From: a bacterium
GTDB taxonomy: Bacteria > UBA8248
Assembly (NCBI GenBank): GCA_965200245.1
Contig: CBDATS010000005.1
Span: forward strand, 32,001 to 96,000
Length of the DNA: 64,000 nt
Direction: 5' to 3'
Within the stretch, counting starts at the first letter, position 1. Each line of letters begins with the position of its first letter. A program made the translations under genes and the position numbers. Of the stretch, positions 62,086-64,000 are shown one piece after another. The notes beneath the pieces were generated by a model, which saw only the letters and a program-made list of their open reading frames with translations, did not search any database and was not told where the DNA came from.

Positions 62086-63071
62086 GAGGAACCCTCCGCA
62101 TGTGACTCCAGTTTCAGATACCGGGACACCAAATCATAGGCCTCCCCCAACAAAACCTTGAAATCTTTCTCCAGCGGATCCAACCAATTCACTCCCTTCC
62201 GCTTTTGAAACCAAGTGCGCTGTCTTTTGGCGTAACTGCGGTGCAGTTTGGATATTTGACGCACCGCCTCATCCTCGGTTATCTGCCCATTGCGCAACGC
62301 GAGGGCTTCCCGGAACCCAAGACCCTCGAAAACCCGTGCGTCGGTGAGATTCTTTTCTACCAGCATCGCCACTTCTTCCAGCATACCGCCAGCAAGCATC
62401 CGCTGCACCCTGCGCTCGATTCGTTCGGCAAGGACAGATGCAGGGTATCTGAGACCAATATACAACGGAGACGGAAACCTCGGCGCCTTTTGCTTCGCGA
62501 GCAAACGTGAAACCGGCCGTCCTGTCGCCTCGTACACCTCCAAGGCGCGAACCACCCGCCTGAGATCATTCGGGTGCAGTTTAGAAGCAGTTTCCGGGTC
62601 GACGGCGGCGAGTCGTTCGTGCATGGCAGCATACCCACGTCTGGAAGCTTCCGCCTCCAATTTCCCCCTGATTTCCGGCTGCGCTTCGGGCCCGTCAAAT
62701 AATCCCTCCACCAAAGCGCGGATATACAAGCCGCTGCCTCCCACCACCAGGGGGTACACGCTTCTGCGATACATATCCTCTATGCAAAGAGTCGCCTCAT
62801 CCGCGTAGCGCACCGCGCTATATGTCTCCCCCATATCTGCGACGCCAATCATGTGATGCGGCACTCCGCCGCGTTCACTCAAAGTGGGCTTGGCGGTACC
62901 CACGCCTATGTCACGATATATCTGTCTGGCATCGGCGCCGACTATTTCCAGAGATATACCCTCTTTCCGGAAGCGCCTGGAAAGCGCCACACTGAAAGCC
63001 GTTTTCCCGGAACACGTGGTGCCAACCACGAGGATGATGGGACGAGAATTTCGCGATGACGCTGAGTTCAT
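62082..63071 (-). CDS. miaA: tRNA dimethylallyltransferase
   Basis: GTTCSGKT, D.RQIY...GTAKP, VGGSGLY, R..RALE, YAKRQ.TW. Confidence 0.95.
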   Translation of the reverse strand: MNSASSRNSRPIILVVGTTCSGKTAFSVALSRRFRKEGISLEIVGADARQIYRDIGVGTAKPTLSERGGVPHHMIGVADMGETYSAVRYADEATLCIEDMYRRSVYPLVVGGSGLYIRALVEGLFDGPEAQPEIRGKLEAEASRRGYAAMHERLAAVDPETASKLHPNDLRRVVRALEVYEATGRPVSRLLAKQKAPRFPSPLYIGLRYPASVLAERIERRVQRMLAGGMLEEVAMLVEKNLTDARVFEGLGFREALALRNGQITEDEAVRQISKLHRSYAKRQRTWFQKRKGVNWLDPLEKDFKVLLGEAYDLVSRYLKLESHAEGSS

Positions 63072-63188
63072 AGGTTTGGAACTTCACGCGAGGGAAAGTC
63101 GTTACAACGGAGGAGAAAAGCGTCCCGAAAACACTTCACATACAGACCGGGAACGAAAATGAGCCCCAAGAGCTGTTTCGCGGTAAAG

Positions 63189-63716
63189 TCAAATCGCTTC
63201 GAGCGCATCCTGAAACGAGGCCAGGTCAGCATCCGAGAACAGCGCAAACTCTATACGTGTAAGGGTACCCGACGCTGTTTGCAGGTGATCCACGCAGACT
63301 CCAAGCATGCGAGAGGCGACCATATTCACATCCAGTCCCCCGACACCGGTTCCAATGGCGGGAAACGCGATACTGTCCAGAGAATTCTCCTCGGCCACGT
63401 CAAGGCTCGCACGTGTGCAGGCTTCCGTTTTTTCAAGAGATGCTTGCAGGTCGGGCCCCATTCCCGCCGCATGTATCACATGTTTTACGGGGAGCCTGCC
63501 TGCTCCCGTGATCACAGCATCTCCAACATCAATCGGACCCTTGGAAACCGCCTCAGTCTCTATCACTTCCCCGCCCTTCCTCTTGATAGCACCCGCCACG
63601 CCTGCGCCCATCCAGAGATGATTGTTGGCCGCGTTCACAATGGCGTCCACATCGGATACGGTGATGTCACCCTGCCGAAGAAACACGCATCCACGACCGA
63701 AGCGCTTTTGATTCAT
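63189..63716 (-). CDS. Stand-alone macrodomain protein (YmdB-like)
   Basis: GDIT, IVNAAN, GAGVAGAI, VIHA, FPAIGTGVGG. Confidence 0.92.
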   Translation of the reverse strand: MNQKRFGRGCVFLRQGDITVSDVDAIVNAANNHLWMGAGVAGAIKRKGGEVIETEAVSKGPIDVGDAVITGAGRLPVKHVIHAAGMGPDLQASLEKTEACTRASLDVAEENSLDSIAFPAIGTGVGGLDVNMVASRMLGVCVDHLQTASGTLTRIEFALFSDADLASFQDALEAI

Positions 63717-63797
63717 GAGAAAATTCCGATCAGGCAGGACTGTCCAAGTAAAACCTTACCTGAAACTGCTTAATCAGGAGAGATATTCATTCTCCAG

Positions 63798-64000
63798 CTA
63801 TACTCCATGCGTATCTTCATTTCTTGGTATCGAAACATCGTCCTCCGGTGACGGGAACGTTTCGCCTTGATCGACCCTTTGTCTCAATTCTTTCCCTGCC
63901 TTGAAAAACGCGGCTTTCTTGTGCGGGATCGCCACAGCTTCACCCGTCCTGGGGTTTCTGCCATCGCGGCTGTTCCTCGATCGTACACGAAAACTCCCGA
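63798..64000 (-). CDS. ihfB: Integration host factor beta-like protein (5' truncated by window edge)
   Basis: Hand translation: GSFRVRSRNSRDGRNPRTGEAVAIPHKKAAFFKAGKELRQRVD...GV*. Confidence 0.8.
   Translation of the reverse strand, partial: GSFRVRSRNSRDGRNPRTGEAVAIPHKKAAFFKAGKELRQRVDQGETFPSPEDDVSIPRNEDTHGV

Noticed and set aside
63189-63716. Macrodomain as part of a DarTG or other defence system
   Set aside because: No ADP-ribosyltransferase or sirtuin neighbour; it lies between ihfB and miaA like a housekeeping YmdB-type gene.

Overview
Mostly core-chromosome DNA from a diderm, moderately GC-rich bacterium. Gene order (split atpIBE followed by rex, ilv-psd-pssA, dapL-folK-panC) resembles Deltaproteobacteria/Nitrospinota-type genomes; this is inference only. 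It runs from a partial HU gene to a partial IHF-beta gene and covers hisC, larEBC, a TPR-ExbB-ExbD-TonB operon, panC/folK/dapL, katG, atpIBE, rex, tsaB, duplicated ilvB/ilvN, lipid and envelope genes, purB-C-S-Q-L-F, tRNA-Leu(CAA), ilvE, nadX, aroC/aroK and miaA. I saw no CRISPR array or transposase. Best leads: (1) an Fe-S-type larE-larB-larC operon translationally coupled to a C-terminal-GG ubiquitin-like sulfur carrier, suggesting a TtuA/TtuB-like sulfur relay for the nickel-pincer cofactor; (2) an uncharacterised operon of ATP-grasp/degenerate-M20 fusion, non-canonical GGT and N-formylglutamate amidohydrolase, whose first gene is one 716-codon frame broken by two in-frame TAG codons; (3) an orphan NHLP RiPP precursor; (4) a 7Fe ferredoxin fused to a membrane anchor and an unknown domain; (5) a structured ilvB leader with mutually exclusive terminator and antiterminator pairings and no recognisable leader peptide; (6) rex split by a -1 frameshift beside an A_AAA_AAC heptamer. 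All calls come from motif recognition by eye; no searches were run.
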